DNA from: Chloroflexota bacterium
GTDB lineage: Bacteria; Chloroflexota; Dehalococcoidia; SM23-28-2; RBG-16-64-32
Direction: 5' to 3'
DNA length: 37,595 bases
NCBI GenBank assembly: GCA_039933275.1
Contig: JBDTOK010000002.1
Span: 1 to 37,595 of the forward strand
Positions 25,848 to 34,881 of the stretch are shown here, in pieces. The position numbers were made by a program, and so were the translations under genes. A model generated the notes under the pieces. The model worked only from the letters and a program-made list of their open reading frames with translations, was not told where the DNA came from and ran no database searches. Position 1 is the stretch's first letter. Each line of letters opens with the position of its first letter.

Positions 25848-26106
25848 GGATCGGCCGCAGCAGGCGGTCCGCTTCTCCGGCGGACGCATCGTCTGGTTCG
25901 CCATCCTCTCGTTTGCCATCGCCCTCGCCGTGCACGGTGTCATCATCCTCATCGGCGGCGGCGACAGCCCCTTTCGCCTCTTCGTGACGCCGCTCATCGG
26001 CGCCGGCGTCATGTTCTTCGGCCTGCGCGGGTTCCCCGCCGCCAGCCGCGTACGCCTCAGCCTGATGGTCGGCATCTGCCTGCTGCTCTTCTCCGGCGCC
26101 ACCTAA
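25840..26106 (+). CDS. Small hypothetical membrane protein (about 3 TM)
   Basis: Three hydrophobic stretches; start overlaps the DinB stop; host-like codon usage. Confidence 0.7.
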   Translation: MSEDRPQQAVRFSGGRIVWFAILSFAIALAVHGVIILIGGGDSPFRLFVTPLIGAGVMFFGLRGFPAASRVRLSLMVGICLLLFSGAT

Positions 26107-26161
26107 TACCTGTGCCAGCCGCGGATACTTTCCGCGCGATCCGGCTGATACGCTAAACGCC

Positions 26162-26890
26162 GTGACCCTCACCTACGACCCGAAGAAGGCACTCCGCCAC
26201 GTCCGTCGCCGCGACCCGATCCTCAAGCGGCTGATCGACAAAGTCGGCCCGTACGAGCTTGAGTCACGCCGCGGCTCCCACAAATCCCTCGCCCGAGCCA
26301 TCTTCTTCCAGCAGCTCGCCGGCCCCGCCGCGCGCGCAATCATGGGCCGCGTGCTCGTAGCGTTGGAAGCAGACGAAGACACCTGGTACGAGCCGGCCCG
26401 TTTCCTCCAGGCCACCGACGAACAGCTACGCACCGCCGGCCTCTCGCGGATGAAGATCACCTACCTCCGCGATCTCGCCGACAAGTTCGCCTCCGGCGCG
26501 CTCACCGAGGACGAGTTTCACGATCTCAACGATGAAGAAGTGATCAAGCGCGTGACGGAAGTGAAGGGCATCGGCCGCTGGACCGCCGAGATGTTCCTCA
26601 TGTTCTCCCTCGGCCGCCCGGACATCATGCCCGTCGACGACCTCGGCGTACGCAACGGTATGAAGATTGTCTACGGCCTTGACGAACCCCCCAAAGCCGA
26701 CAAGATGCGCGAAATCGCCGAACCCTGGGCGCCATACCGCAGCGTCGGCACCTGGTACATGTGGCGCGCGTTAGGCGTAGAAGTGCCGGAGCAGGGCAAA
26801 GGCTACAAACGCAAAGACGAACGCAAATACGAACCGCAGGGGTCGTTCGCGAACGACCCGCCCAACGTCGCGAACCACTGCAACTTTTAG
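26162..26890 (+). CDS. alkA: DNA-3-methyladenine glycosylase 2 family (AlkA, HhH-GPD)
   Basis: QQL...AA, GLSR.K, KGIGRWTAEMFL, RPD..PVDDLG, W.PYRS. Confidence 0.92.
   Translation: MTLTYDPKKALRHVRRRDPILKRLIDKVGPYELESRRGSHKSLARAIFFQQLAGPAARAIMGRVLVALEADEDTWYEPARFLQATDEQLRTAGLSRMKITYLRDLADKFASGALTEDEFHDLNDEEVIKRVTEVKGIGRWTAEMFLMFSLGRPDIMPVDDLGVRNGMKIVYGLDEPPKADKMREIAEPWAPYRSVGTWYMWRALGVEVPEQGKGYKRKDERKYEPQGSFANDPPNVANHCNF
26840..26859. repeat. Perfect 20-bp palindrome, REP-like, inside the 3' tail of alkA
   Basis: GGGTCGTTCGCGAACGACCC equals its own reverse complement; preceded by GCAG. Confidence 0.6.
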
Positions 26891-26917
26891 CTACTTGCTA
26901 CTGGCGACTTGCTACTC
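26890..26917. repeat. Heptamer tandem micro-repeat (GCTACTT, 4 copies)
   Basis: gctactt gctactg gcgactt gctactc between the convergent alkA and HxlR genes. Confidence 0.65.
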
Positions 26918-26922
26918 GTTCT

Positions 26923-27264
26923 TTACTCCGGCTCCCACTCTTCCCCCCAGGCCTTCATCGCTGACACCACTTTCCCGAATGCCAGCCCCTTCGGCGTGAA
27001 CCAGTACTCCGCGCGCGGCGGGTGGTCGCTGTAGAAGCGCCGCTCCAGGATTCCGCGCTCCTCCAGCCGCTTCAGCCGGTCCGCCAGTAGATTCGGCGAC
27101 AGGCCGGGCAGCGACTCCAGCAGCTGCGAGAACTTTCGCTGGCGGCGGAAGATGTCGCGGATGATCAGCAACGTCCAGCGGTCGCCCACGACGTCCAGCG
27201 TCCGCGCGACGGGACACCACTCTTGTTCCGGGTACGTGCGCTTGGTCACAGACTTCGTTGCCAT
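26923..27264 (-). CDS. HxlR-family winged-helix transcriptional regulator
   Basis: CPVARTLDVVGDRWTLLIIRD...LADRLKRL...PPRAEY..TPKG. Confidence 0.92.
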   Translation of the reverse strand: MATKSVTKRTYPEQEWCPVARTLDVVGDRWTLLIIRDIFRRQRKFSQLLESLPGLSPNLLADRLKRLEERGILERRFYSDHPPRAEYWFTPKGLAFGKVVSAMKAWGEEWEPE

Positions 27265-27350
27265 GTCACTTGCAGAATACATAGTGACTTGACAAAAGGC
27301 AAGTGACGGCAGTACAACAGATGTGACTTCACTAATCGATAGTGAGTAAC
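27265..27350. promoter_or_regulatory. Divergent promoter region with repeated GT(C/G)ACT...AGT(G)A inverted half-sites (probable HxlR operators)
   Basis: GTCACT-N12-AGTGAC (27265-27288), ACTTG-N8-CAAGT overlapping TTGACA (27289-27294), and TCACT-N7-AGTGA further downstream. Confidence 0.6.
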
Positions 27351-27392
27351 CAGTAACCCGATCCTTGGACGGGTATACGAAAGGAGCGCGCC

Positions 27393-27851
27393 ATGACCAC
27401 CATCGCCGAACGCATCGCAAAGGGTGAAGTTACCCCTCCGCCCATCGCCAAACTCCTCGGCTTCACCACCGATCACATCGAAACTGGCCGTTGCCGCATC
27501 GGCTTCGAGGCTGGCGCTCAGCACGCCAACCCAATGGGCGGTCTCCACGGCGGCGTCCTCTGCGATATCGCAGACGCCGCCATGGGCATGGCCTACGCCT
27601 CCACTCTCGCCGAGGGCGAGTCCTTCACCACCGTCGAGCTCAAGATCAACTTCTTGCGCCCGTTCAAGGCGGGCCACCTCACTGCCGAAGGCTTCGTCGT
27701 TAACGGCGGCAAGACTCTCGGCTGGACCGAGTGCGAAGTCCGCGACGACTCCGGCCGCCTCATCGCGAAGGCCGGAAGCACCTGCATGACCCTCCGCCCG
27801 GCGGCTCCGAAGCCCGAGCTCGCGCTCCTCGCCAACGGCAACCGCTGGTAG
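27393..27851 (+). CDS. PaaI family thioesterase
   Basis: HANPMGGLHGGVLCDIAD.AMG, TVELKINFLRP; AAGGAG RBS. Confidence 0.93.
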   Translation: MTTIAERIAKGEVTPPPIAKLLGFTTDHIETGRCRIGFEAGAQHANPMGGLHGGVLCDIADAAMGMAYASTLAEGESFTTVELKINFLRPFKAGHLTAEGFVVNGGKTLGWTECEVRDDSGRLIAKAGSTCMTLRPAAPKPELALLANGNRW

Positions 27852-27906
27852 CGTCGCATTTGGGCGAGCGCTAAGCTAAGATTAGTCGCGAAACGGAGGA
27901 TCACCC

Positions 27907-29100
27907 ATGAACAACGGTACAAACGAAGTCGTCCTCGCCGGTGCAGTGCGCACCGCCATCGGCACCTTCAACGGTCAATTCGTCGATACGCCTGCCATCC
28001 AGCTCGGCGCAACGGTTATCACCGAAGCTCTCAACCGCGCCGGCGTGAAGCCCGACCAGGTCGACGAGATCATTATGGGCAACGTCCTCTCGGCCGGGCT
28101 CGGGATGAACCCCGCCCGACAGGCTTCGATCGCGGCCGGAATTCCGGACAACATCCCGGCGATGACCATCAATAAGGTCTGCGGCTCTGGCCTCAAGGCG
28201 ATCGCCCTCGCCACGCAGGCGATCCTCCTCGGCGACGCGGACATCGTCGTCGCCGGCGGCTTCGAGAACATGTCCGCTTCCCCGTACCTCCTCCCGAAGG
28301 GACGCAACGGCTACAAGATGGGCCACGGCGAAGTCCTCGACCATATGATCAAGGACGGCCTCTGGTGCGCGCTCAGCGACTGCCACATGGGCATCACCGC
28401 GGAGAACGTTGCCACCGACTACGAGATTTCCCGCGGAGATCAGGACGAGTTCTCTTACCAGAGCCAGCAGAAGACTGCGCGGGCCTGGGAGCGCGGCGAT
28501 TTCACCGGCGAGATCGTTCCCGTCGAAGTGAAGTCCCGCAAAGGCAGCGTCATGATTGATCGCGACGAGCACTTCCGCGCCGACACCACGCAAGAAGTTC
28601 TGGGCAAGCTGCGTCCCGCATTCCAGGCGGACGGCTCCGTCACGGCGGGCAACGCCTCCGGCATCAACGATGGCGCGGCCGCAATCGTCGTCATGTCGCG
28701 AAAGAAGGCGGAGGAGCTCGGCGTCAACCAGATGGCCACCGTCCGCTCCTACGCCAGTGCTGGCGTCCCCCCGCGAGTAATGGGCGTCGGCCCGGTGCCC
28801 GCGACACAGAAGGCGCTCGCCAAGACCGGCCTCGGCATCGGCGATATCGATCTCATCGAAGCCAATGAAGCCTTCGCCGCGCAGTCGCTCGCCGTCGGGC
28901 GTGAACTCGGCTGGGACTGGGAGCGCGTCAACGTGAACGGCGGCGCGATCGCTCTCGGCCACCCGATCGGCGCCAGCGGCACGCGCATCCTCGTCACGCT
29001 GCTCCACGAGATGCAGCGCCGGGACGCCAAGCGTGGCCTCGCCACGCTGTGCATCGGCGGCGGCCAGGGCATCGCAATGGTAGTCGAGAACGCCAACTAG
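27907..29100 (+). CDS. phaA: Acetyl-CoA C-acetyltransferase (biosynthetic thiolase, PhaA/AtoB type)
   Basis: [32 protein letters not shown]. Confidence 0.85.
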   Translation: MNNGTNEVVLAGAVRTAIGTFNGQFVDTPAIQLGATVITEALNRAGVKPDQVDEIIMGNVLSAGLGMNPARQASIAAGIPDNIPAMTINKVCGSGLKAIALATQAILLGDADIVVAGGFENMSASPYLLPKGRNGYKMGHGEVLDHMIKDGLWCALSDCHMGITAENVATDYEISRGDQDEFSYQSQQKTARAWERGDFTGEIVPVEVKSRKGSVMIDRDEHFRADTTQEVLGKLRPAFQADGSVTAGNASGINDGAAAIVVMSRKKAEELGVNQMATVRSYASAGVPPRVMGVGPVPATQKALAKTGLGIGDIDLIEANEAFAAQSLAVGRELGWDWERVNVNGGAIALGHPIGASGTRILVTLLHEMQRRDAKRGLATLCIGGGQGIAMVVENAN

Positions 29101-29131
29101 AAACACATCACGCAAACGCTGGGAGGGGAAC

Positions 29132-31003
29132 ATGCGTATCGTCTTGCGCGCGTCAATCCTGCTGACCATCGGCTCGCTACTGCTCGTCGCCTCAACCGCG
29201 CAAGCTGGCCGTACCATCTTCACCGTGACGCGAGAAGACGACGTCGCCGGCGACACGTGTGCCCTTGACGACTGCTCACTCCGACAGGCAGTCTCTGCGG
29301 CCAACGCCGCGTCGGGACCGGCCAGCGTGGTCATTCCAGCTGGCACGTACCATCTGACGATCCCCGGCACCAGCGAAGAGGACAATCTCAAAGGCGACCT
29401 CGACACGACCGGCGAAATCCTCATCCAGGGCGCGGGCCAAACGCAGACCACAATTGACGCTGGCCACATCGATCAGATCATCCAGGCACACTCAGGCTCG
29501 ATCGAGATCGATGACCTCACTCTAACGAACGGCGGCAAGGACAACACAGGCGCGGGCGGAATCTACACAAGCGCTCCGCTTACGCTGGACCACGTCACCG
29601 TCTCCGCCAACACGGCTGGCGCTCCGTTCGCGACGGCCGGCGTGCTCCTCTACGCGCCCGGCACCATCATCGACTCCACCATCACCGGCAACATCGCCGC
29701 GCAGGGCGGCGCAGGCGGCGTTTTCGCCAAGGGCCCGCTCACGCTCACACGCAGTGTAATCAGCAACAACCACGCCAACGCTGACAGCTCAGCCGGTGGT
29801 CTCCTCGCCAGCTCCAACGTCACAGCTACCGACTCCCAGATCACCGGCAACACATTCGATACTGGCACAGACCTGGCAGGCGGCGTTTACCTGACGGGCG
29901 TGGGCGCCACCCACACGTTCACCAACGTCACCATCGCCGACAACACTGCCGGTGACAGCGACGCCGCTGGCGGACTTTGGAACACCGGAACGATGACGGC
30001 GACGAAGCTCACCGTCACCGGCAACACCGGCGCTAACGGAGGCCCCGGCGGCATCTGGAACGAGGGCGAATTCACCGTTACGGATCTCGTCGTCGACGAC
30101 AACCACTCCGACACCGGTCCCGGCGGCATCTTCGCGACGATGCACCCGTTTACCGTCAACCGCGGCCAAATCACGCGGAACAGCACCCACGGCGCGCCCA
30201 TCACCGCCGGCGGCCTTTCGGCTGCCGGTCGCGCCGTGGTTACGCTCACCAACGTCACCGTCGCCGGCAACATTGCTGAGAGCGATGGCACCGGCGGAAT
30301 TTGGCTCGGCGGCGCCGCCAACCCCCCTATGCTTTTCCTCATCAACGCGACGATCGCGGACAATGGCGGGGATGGCCTTCGCACCGAAGTTCCCGTCAAC
30401 TCGGAGAACACCATCTTCGCGGGCAGCGACGACGACAGCTGCTCCCTGGGCAGCACGATCGTCTACACCGGCGTGAACATTTCCGACGACGACACTTGCC
30501 AGATGCAAGCTCCCAACCTGCCGTCCACGGATCCGCTGCTCGAGCCGCTCGCTGACAACGGCGGTTTCGTCGAGACCGAAGCCATCGCCTCCGACAGCCC
30601 CGCCCGCGACGCCGCCAACAGTTGCCCAACGCCTTCCGAAGACGCGCGCGGCGCACCGCGGCCGGCAGGTGCCTGCGACATCGGCGCATTCGAGTTCGGC
30701 GCATCCGCTGGCCTACTCTGGGCCGATGCAAACTGCAGTGGCGCGGTCGACGTAAACGACACCCTGACCGAACTTCTCGAGCGAGCGGGCCTCAACCCGC
30801 AGTATCCGCAGGGGTGCCCCGCCAGTGGCGATCTCGTGTACCAGGGTGCGTACGAAGAAGTGTGGGGTGATTGGCTCTGCCAGGGTTCGGATCCCAACCC
30901 GGAGCAAGCGCTCGTAGCGTTGCGATTCGTTGCGTTCAACTACAGCGGCCCCGGCGGCGATTGCCCGGTGCTCGGTTCCATTGTGACTGTGCAGCAACCT
31001 TGA
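29132..31003 (+). CDS. Secreted CSLREA-domain beta-helix protein with choice-of-anchor Q and C-terminal dockerin-like module
   Basis: Signal peptide; DCSLRQAV; GG(I/V/L)...(I/V)xxN repeats; PLADNGG...SPA.D...D.RG..R...CDIGAFE. Confidence 0.88.
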   Translation: MRIVLRASILLTIGSLLLVASTAQAGRTIFTVTREDDVAGDTCALDDCSLRQAVSAANAASGPASVVIPAGTYHLTIPGTSEEDNLKGDLDTTGEILIQGAGQTQTTIDAGHIDQIIQAHSGSIEIDDLTLTNGGKDNTGAGGIYTSAPLTLDHVTVSANTAGAPFATAGVLLYAPGTIIDSTITGNIAAQGGAGGVFAKGPLTLTRSVISNNHANADSSAGGLLASSNVTATDSQITGNTFDTGTDLAGGVYLTGVGATHTFTNVTIADNTAGDSDAAGGLWNTGTMTATKLTVTGNTGANGGPGGIWNEGEFTVTDLVVDDNHSDTGPGGIFATMHPFTVNRGQITRNSTHGAPITAGGLSAAGRAVVTLTNVTVAGNIAESDGTGGIWLGGAANPPMLFLINATIADNGGDGLRTEVPVNSENTIFAGSDDDSCSLGSTIVYTGVNISDDDTCQMQAPNLPSTDPLLEPLADNGGFVETEAIASDSPARDAANSCPTPSEDARGAPRPAGACDIGAFEFGASAGLLWADANCSGAVDVNDTLTELLERAGLNPQYPQGCPASGDLVYQGAYEEVWGDWLCQGSDPNPEQALVALRFVAFNYSGPGGDCPVLGSIVTVQQP

Positions 31004-31908
31004 GCGACACCGCTGCGACCGACGTCGCCTACGACCTGTGCCTCTACTGGCTGCGCGACAACCGCGACCTCGCACTCCAGCGCGACGATGCCACCGCCGA
31101 TCTCATGACCGCGCGCTCTGGCGACACGACGCTCGCCGCCGCCGTCCGTCCGCTGCTTTCGGGCGCTGAGCCAGCGTGGGACCGCGCGCGCTCCATGCTC
31201 GAGCCGTTCATCGCCGACGACTTGCCCGCACGCATCGCCCTCTGGTGCCCCGCCGGCGCTGACCTGCCCACTGAAGAGCCCGAAGTCAGCGAGTTCGCGG
31301 CGCTCGTCCGCCAGTCCGCCCTCAAACTCGGCCCGCAAGAGCGTTCCTACGTCCCGATTCCCGCCAAGCTCTACCTGCGCAAGAACACGGACACGGGCAA
31401 CGTCATCTCTGTCACCGGCGGCCTCAACCCCCACTGGGCGCGCTTCACCGATCGCGTTCGCGGCCAGTACGATCTCGACTCTACGCAGCTCCACCGCCTG
31501 CCTGAATCGCAGGAGCACCTTGAGGCGCTGCTCGACACAATCGCCGAGCGCACAACGACGATGGATGTCGGCCAGTACGCCGTCATCGAAACGATCGACG
31601 CCTGGACCATCCAGCGTCTCTCGGGCGACAACGGCGTCACCATCGTCGGCATCCCGCCCACCGTCGCCGCCGAGGGCGCGCTCGTAGTCCGCCGCAACCT
31701 CAAGCGCATCCTCGTCGACTCAGCAGCTATCCGCGCGACGGACGCTAACCTGCGCGCGCTCCTCGTCCTCGCCCACTACCCTCGCATCGAGCAAGAGACA
31801 GTCACCGTAGCCCTCCGCGGCTTCGACCCGACGCTATACAGCGGCCTCGACTACGTCGTCCTCCTCGCGGACGGAGTAGTGAAGCCGCTGATTCAGCCCG
31901 CTAAGTAG
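31000..31908 (+). CDS. Hypothetical protein
   Basis: Open frame with host-like codon usage. TTG at 31000 overlaps the upstream TGA. No family recognised. Confidence 0.7.
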   Translation: MSDTAATDVAYDLCLYWLRDNRDLALQRDDATADLMTARSGDTTLAAAVRPLLSGAEPAWDRARSMLEPFIADDLPARIALWCPAGADLPTEEPEVSEFAALVRQSALKLGPQERSYVPIPAKLYLRKNTDTGNVISVTGGLNPHWARFTDRVRGQYDLDSTQLHRLPESQEHLEALLDTIAERTTTMDVGQYAVIETIDAWTIQRLSGDNGVTIVGIPPTVAAEGALVVRRNLKRILVDSAAIRATDANLRALLVLAHYPRIEQETVTVALRGFDPTLYSGLDYVVLLADGVVKPLIQPAK

Positions 31909-31911
31909 TCG

Positions 31912-32235
31912 CTACTTCGGCGGCGCGTACCCAACCTTTGCTGCGTCCTGGATCGCCTTGAACCCCTCGTCCATCGTCATCAGTACCGTCGTCGAAATGT
32001 TCGAGACCGCACCACCTGCTGACGCCGCAATTGCGAACGCCGCCGCCTCGTGGGCGCCGGGCAACTCCGCGATCGCGATCAAGTCTTCCTTCCCGAATGT
32101 GTAGTACGCGCAGATCACTTTCCCGCCCAGCCCTTCGATCATCGGCGTAATCGCCTCCATCCGGTGCTTCGGGTGACCCACCTGCGCCTTCCAGGCGTCG
32201 GCTGTGTAGTCCACGTGGTACATGTAGTGGGGCAT
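31912..32235 (-). CDS. GYD domain-containing protein
   Basis: Y....YT...K......R.......E.LGG.....YYTFG..D...I.E.P pattern; AAGGAGG RBS. Confidence 0.88.
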   Translation of the reverse strand: MPHYMYHVDYTADAWKAQVGHPKHRMEAITPMIEGLGGKVICAYYTFGKEDLIAIAELPGAHEAAAFAIAASAGGAVSNISTTVLMTMDEGFKAIQDAAKVGYAPPK

Positions 32236-32301
32236 TTCGTTCCTCCTTCTTGTGCGCAAAAGTGCGACGGCGCTAACTCTGCGGCCACCATCGACGCTGT
32301 G

Positions 32302-32799
32302 TCAACGAACCTGCAGGCGCCGGAGCAGCATCCGTAACCCGGCCGCGGCACACTCGCGCCGGTTCCCCGCGCGGTCGCTCTCAAACAAGAATCGCTCGCT
32401 CACAACGCCGTCCACATCCACCACCGCGATCCAGAACAACCCCGCCGGGCGCTCCGGCCCCGCACCTGTCGGTCCGGCGATTCCCGTTTCCGCCAGCCCA
32501 ACGTTGGTCTCGCCCCGCCCGCGGATCGCGATCGCCAGCGCCTCGGCGGCCTCGCGGCTGACCGCACCGTATTCCTTGAGTATGTCCTCCGGTACGCCAA
32601 TCCGCCGCTTGAACGAGTTCGCGTAAGGCGCAACGCCACCACGAAAAACTTTGGAGCTGCCCGGAATCTCCGTCAGCAAATGCCCGATCAGCCCGCCCGT
32701 CGTCGCCTCCGCTGTGCTGATCGTCAGTCCGCGCTCATTCAGCGCGGCGATAGCCTCAGCCGCTAATCGGTTGAGCTCGCCGTCTGCGAGACCACTCAA
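32302..32799 (-). CDS. CinA C-terminal domain protein (PncC-like NMN deamidase family)
   Basis: AEATTGGLI...PGSS..F.GG...Y.N..K...YGAVS...TGIAGP. The usual AES-C-TGG reads AEATTGG. Confidence 0.85.
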   Translation of the reverse strand: MSGLADGELNRLAAEAIAALNERGLTISTAEATTGGLIGHLLTEIPGSSKVFRGGVAPYANSFKRRIGVPEDILKEYGAVSREAAEALAIAIRGRGETNVGLAETGIAGPTGAGPERPAGLFWIAVVDVDGVVSERFLFESDRAGNRRECAAAGLRMLLRRLQVR

Positions 32800-33769
32800 C
32801 GCTGCGCCTCACCGCTTCGCGATAGCCAACCTCTGGCTTCCACCCGAGCTCATGCCCCGCCTTCGCGGAGCTCTCCACGTAATCGATTCCGAGCAAGTTC
32901 GCCGAGAACCGTGTCAGCGACGGCCGGTGACTCCACCCACGCACTCGCGACGAAAGCTCCATCGCGAGGGCAGCGGTGTACGCCGCGCGAAACGGCAAGG
33001 ATCGCTTCGGCGACGGCACACCGGCCTCCTCAGATGTAATTGCGAACAGGTCGCGCTGTGTCACGTACTCTTCGTTGACGGCGTTGTACGTCTGTCCCGC
33101 GCTCGGAAGGTTTGTCGCGGCGAGAATGCTAAGCTCAGCCACATCGCCCGCGTACACAATCGGCAAACGGTTGCGCCCGCTCCCCAGGTAAATCGATCCG
33201 GGCAACGACAGGTGCTGGATCACACCAGGCAGCATCGCTGCGTCGCGCTCACCCAGGATCAGCGCCGGCCGCACGATCGTAACCGGCAAGTCGCCGCGCT
33301 CCATGTACTTGCGCACGATCCGCTCCGCTGCCGTCTTCGATCGCCTGTAATAGTCAAACGCTCCGAAGTGCCTCTCCATCGGAGTCTCTTCCGTTACGCC
33401 GTGTCGCAAGTCCTGGTAGCGGTACACGCCGTCGGTGCTCACGTAAAGGAACCGACCGACGTTCGCATCACGCGCCGCCTTCAACATGTTTCGCGTCCCG
33501 CCGATCGTCACCGACTTGAACTCGTCCCATGCCGCCCAGTCGCTCACCATTGCCGCCGCGTGGTACACAACGTCGACGCCGCTTAGCGCCGCTGGCAGGC
33601 TCGGCGCGTCCGTCACGTCGCCACGTACAATCTCCACGCCTAGCCCCTCTAGAAATGATGTCCTGCTCGTCGGCCGGACGAGTGCCCGCACTTGCTCTCC
33701 GCGCTGGACGAGCCGCTCTGCGATGTGGCTCCCGAGGAACCCGGTTGCGCCTGTGACGAGTGCTTTCAC
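32756..33769 (-). CDS. NAD-dependent epimerase/dehydratase (3-beta-HSD-like extended SDR)
   Basis: VTGATGFLG, YHAAA, YRRSK, IVRP motifs. Confidence 0.9.
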   Translation of the reverse strand: MKALVTGATGFLGSHIAERLVQRGEQVRALVRPTSRTSFLEGLGVEIVRGDVTDAPSLPAALSGVDVVYHAAAMVSDWAAWDEFKSVTIGGTRNMLKAARDANVGRFLYVSTDGVYRYQDLRHGVTEETPMERHFGAFDYYRRSKTAAERIVRKYMERGDLPVTIVRPALILGERDAAMLPGVIQHLSLPGSIYLGSGRNRLPIVYAGDVAELSILAATNLPSAGQTYNAVNEEYVTQRDLFAITSEEAGVPSPKRSLPFRAAYTAALAMELSSRVRGWSHRPSLTRFSANLLGIDYVESSAKAGHELGWKPEVGYREAVRRSVEWSRRRRAQPISG

Positions 33770-33846
33770 GGTTGGTTCTTCCCTGTCCTTCCCTTACGCT
33801 GTTCGGAGACTCGCACTAGTTTACCCAATCGATTCCTGGGAGGCAT

Positions 33847-34839
33847 ATGTACGCACTCGCGATAGGTGCATCCGAAGGTGAAAAGATTGCCACGATGGCC
33901 GAAGCGGCTGGCTTCGAGGGCGTCTGGACGTCCGAGATGTTCCACGATCCCTTCCTCCCGCTCGCTTCCGCTGCCTCCACTACTTCTACGATCGAGCTCG
34001 GTACGTCGATTGCCCTCGCCTTCGTGCGCAGCCCGTGGGTCACCGCGCTCGCAGCCCTCGATCTCGACGCTGCATCGGGAGGGCGCTTCACGCTCGGGCT
34101 CGGCACCGGCCTCAAGCGCTTCAACGAACGCTGGCACGGCGTCGCCTACGGCAAGCCAACTCCCCACATCCGCGAGGTCGTGCAGATCATCCGCCTCATC
34201 GCTGAGAACGCGCACCGCGGTGAGCCGATCCGTTTCCGCGGGCAGTATTACGATCTCGATATCCAGGGCTGGCAGCGTCCCGCCCACCCCGTCCGCGAGC
34301 GGTTCCCCATCTACCTCGCCGGCGTGCGAGAGGGCATGATCCGCACCGCAGCCGGTGTCGCCGATGGCCTTCTCGGCCACCCGATCTATCCGCTGCGCTG
34401 GATCCGCGACGTCGTCGTCCCATCCCTCGCGCGAGGCCTACACGACGCTGGCCGCGAACGTTCCGCCTTCCGCCTCTGCCTCGGCGTGTGTTGCGCGATC
34501 GATTCCGACGTCGCTGCCGCCCGCCGCGCCGCTGCCGCAACAATCGCCTTCTACGCCACCGTCAACACCTACGAGCCGCTCTTCAGCGCCTTCCCCGCAG
34601 AGGTGCAGTCGATCCAGGCCGCCGCCGTTCGCAACGACACCGCCGCCATGGTCGACGCCGTCAGCGACGCCATGGTCGACACCTTCGCCATCGCTGGAAA
34701 TGCCGACTCCGTACGCCAGAAGCTGGCCCCCTACGCAGACCTCGCCGACTGCGTTATCGTCTCGCCTCCGGACCAGCTAATCGACCCCGCGGAAGCGGAA
34801 AGATACCGCCTGGCGGTACTCCAAACCCTCTCGACATAA
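33847..34839 (+). CDS. LLM-class flavin-dependent oxidoreductase (probably F420-dependent)
   Basis: GFEGVWTSE..HDPFLPLA.AA..T..IELGTSIA.AF.RSP...LD..SGGRF.LGLG; ADGLLGHP. Confidence 0.88.
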   Translation: MYALAIGASEGEKIATMAEAAGFEGVWTSEMFHDPFLPLASAASTTSTIELGTSIALAFVRSPWVTALAALDLDAASGGRFTLGLGTGLKRFNERWHGVAYGKPTPHIREVVQIIRLIAENAHRGEPIRFRGQYYDLDIQGWQRPAHPVRERFPIYLAGVREGMIRTAAGVADGLLGHPIYPLRWIRDVVVPSLARGLHDAGRERSAFRLCLGVCCAIDSDVAAARRAAAATIAFYATVNTYEPLFSAFPAEVQSIQAAAVRNDTAAMVDAVSDAMVDTFAIAGNADSVRQKLAPYADLADCVIVSPPDQLIDPAEAERYRLAVLQTLST

Positions 34840-34881
34840 CCGCGGCGTAACAGCCGGCCCCCCGGCGCATCGTTATCTACG

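Noticed and set aside
27901-29469. 522-aa minus-strand ORF, and similar ones at 2922..4175, 4191..4979 and 34915..36021
   Set aside because: Antisense to well-supported genes; no recognisable motifs or start signals.
29520-30420. Repetitive DNA resembling a repeat array or CRISPR
   Set aside because: These are degenerate protein-level beta-helix repeats in the CSLREA gene, with no constant repeat-spacer structure.
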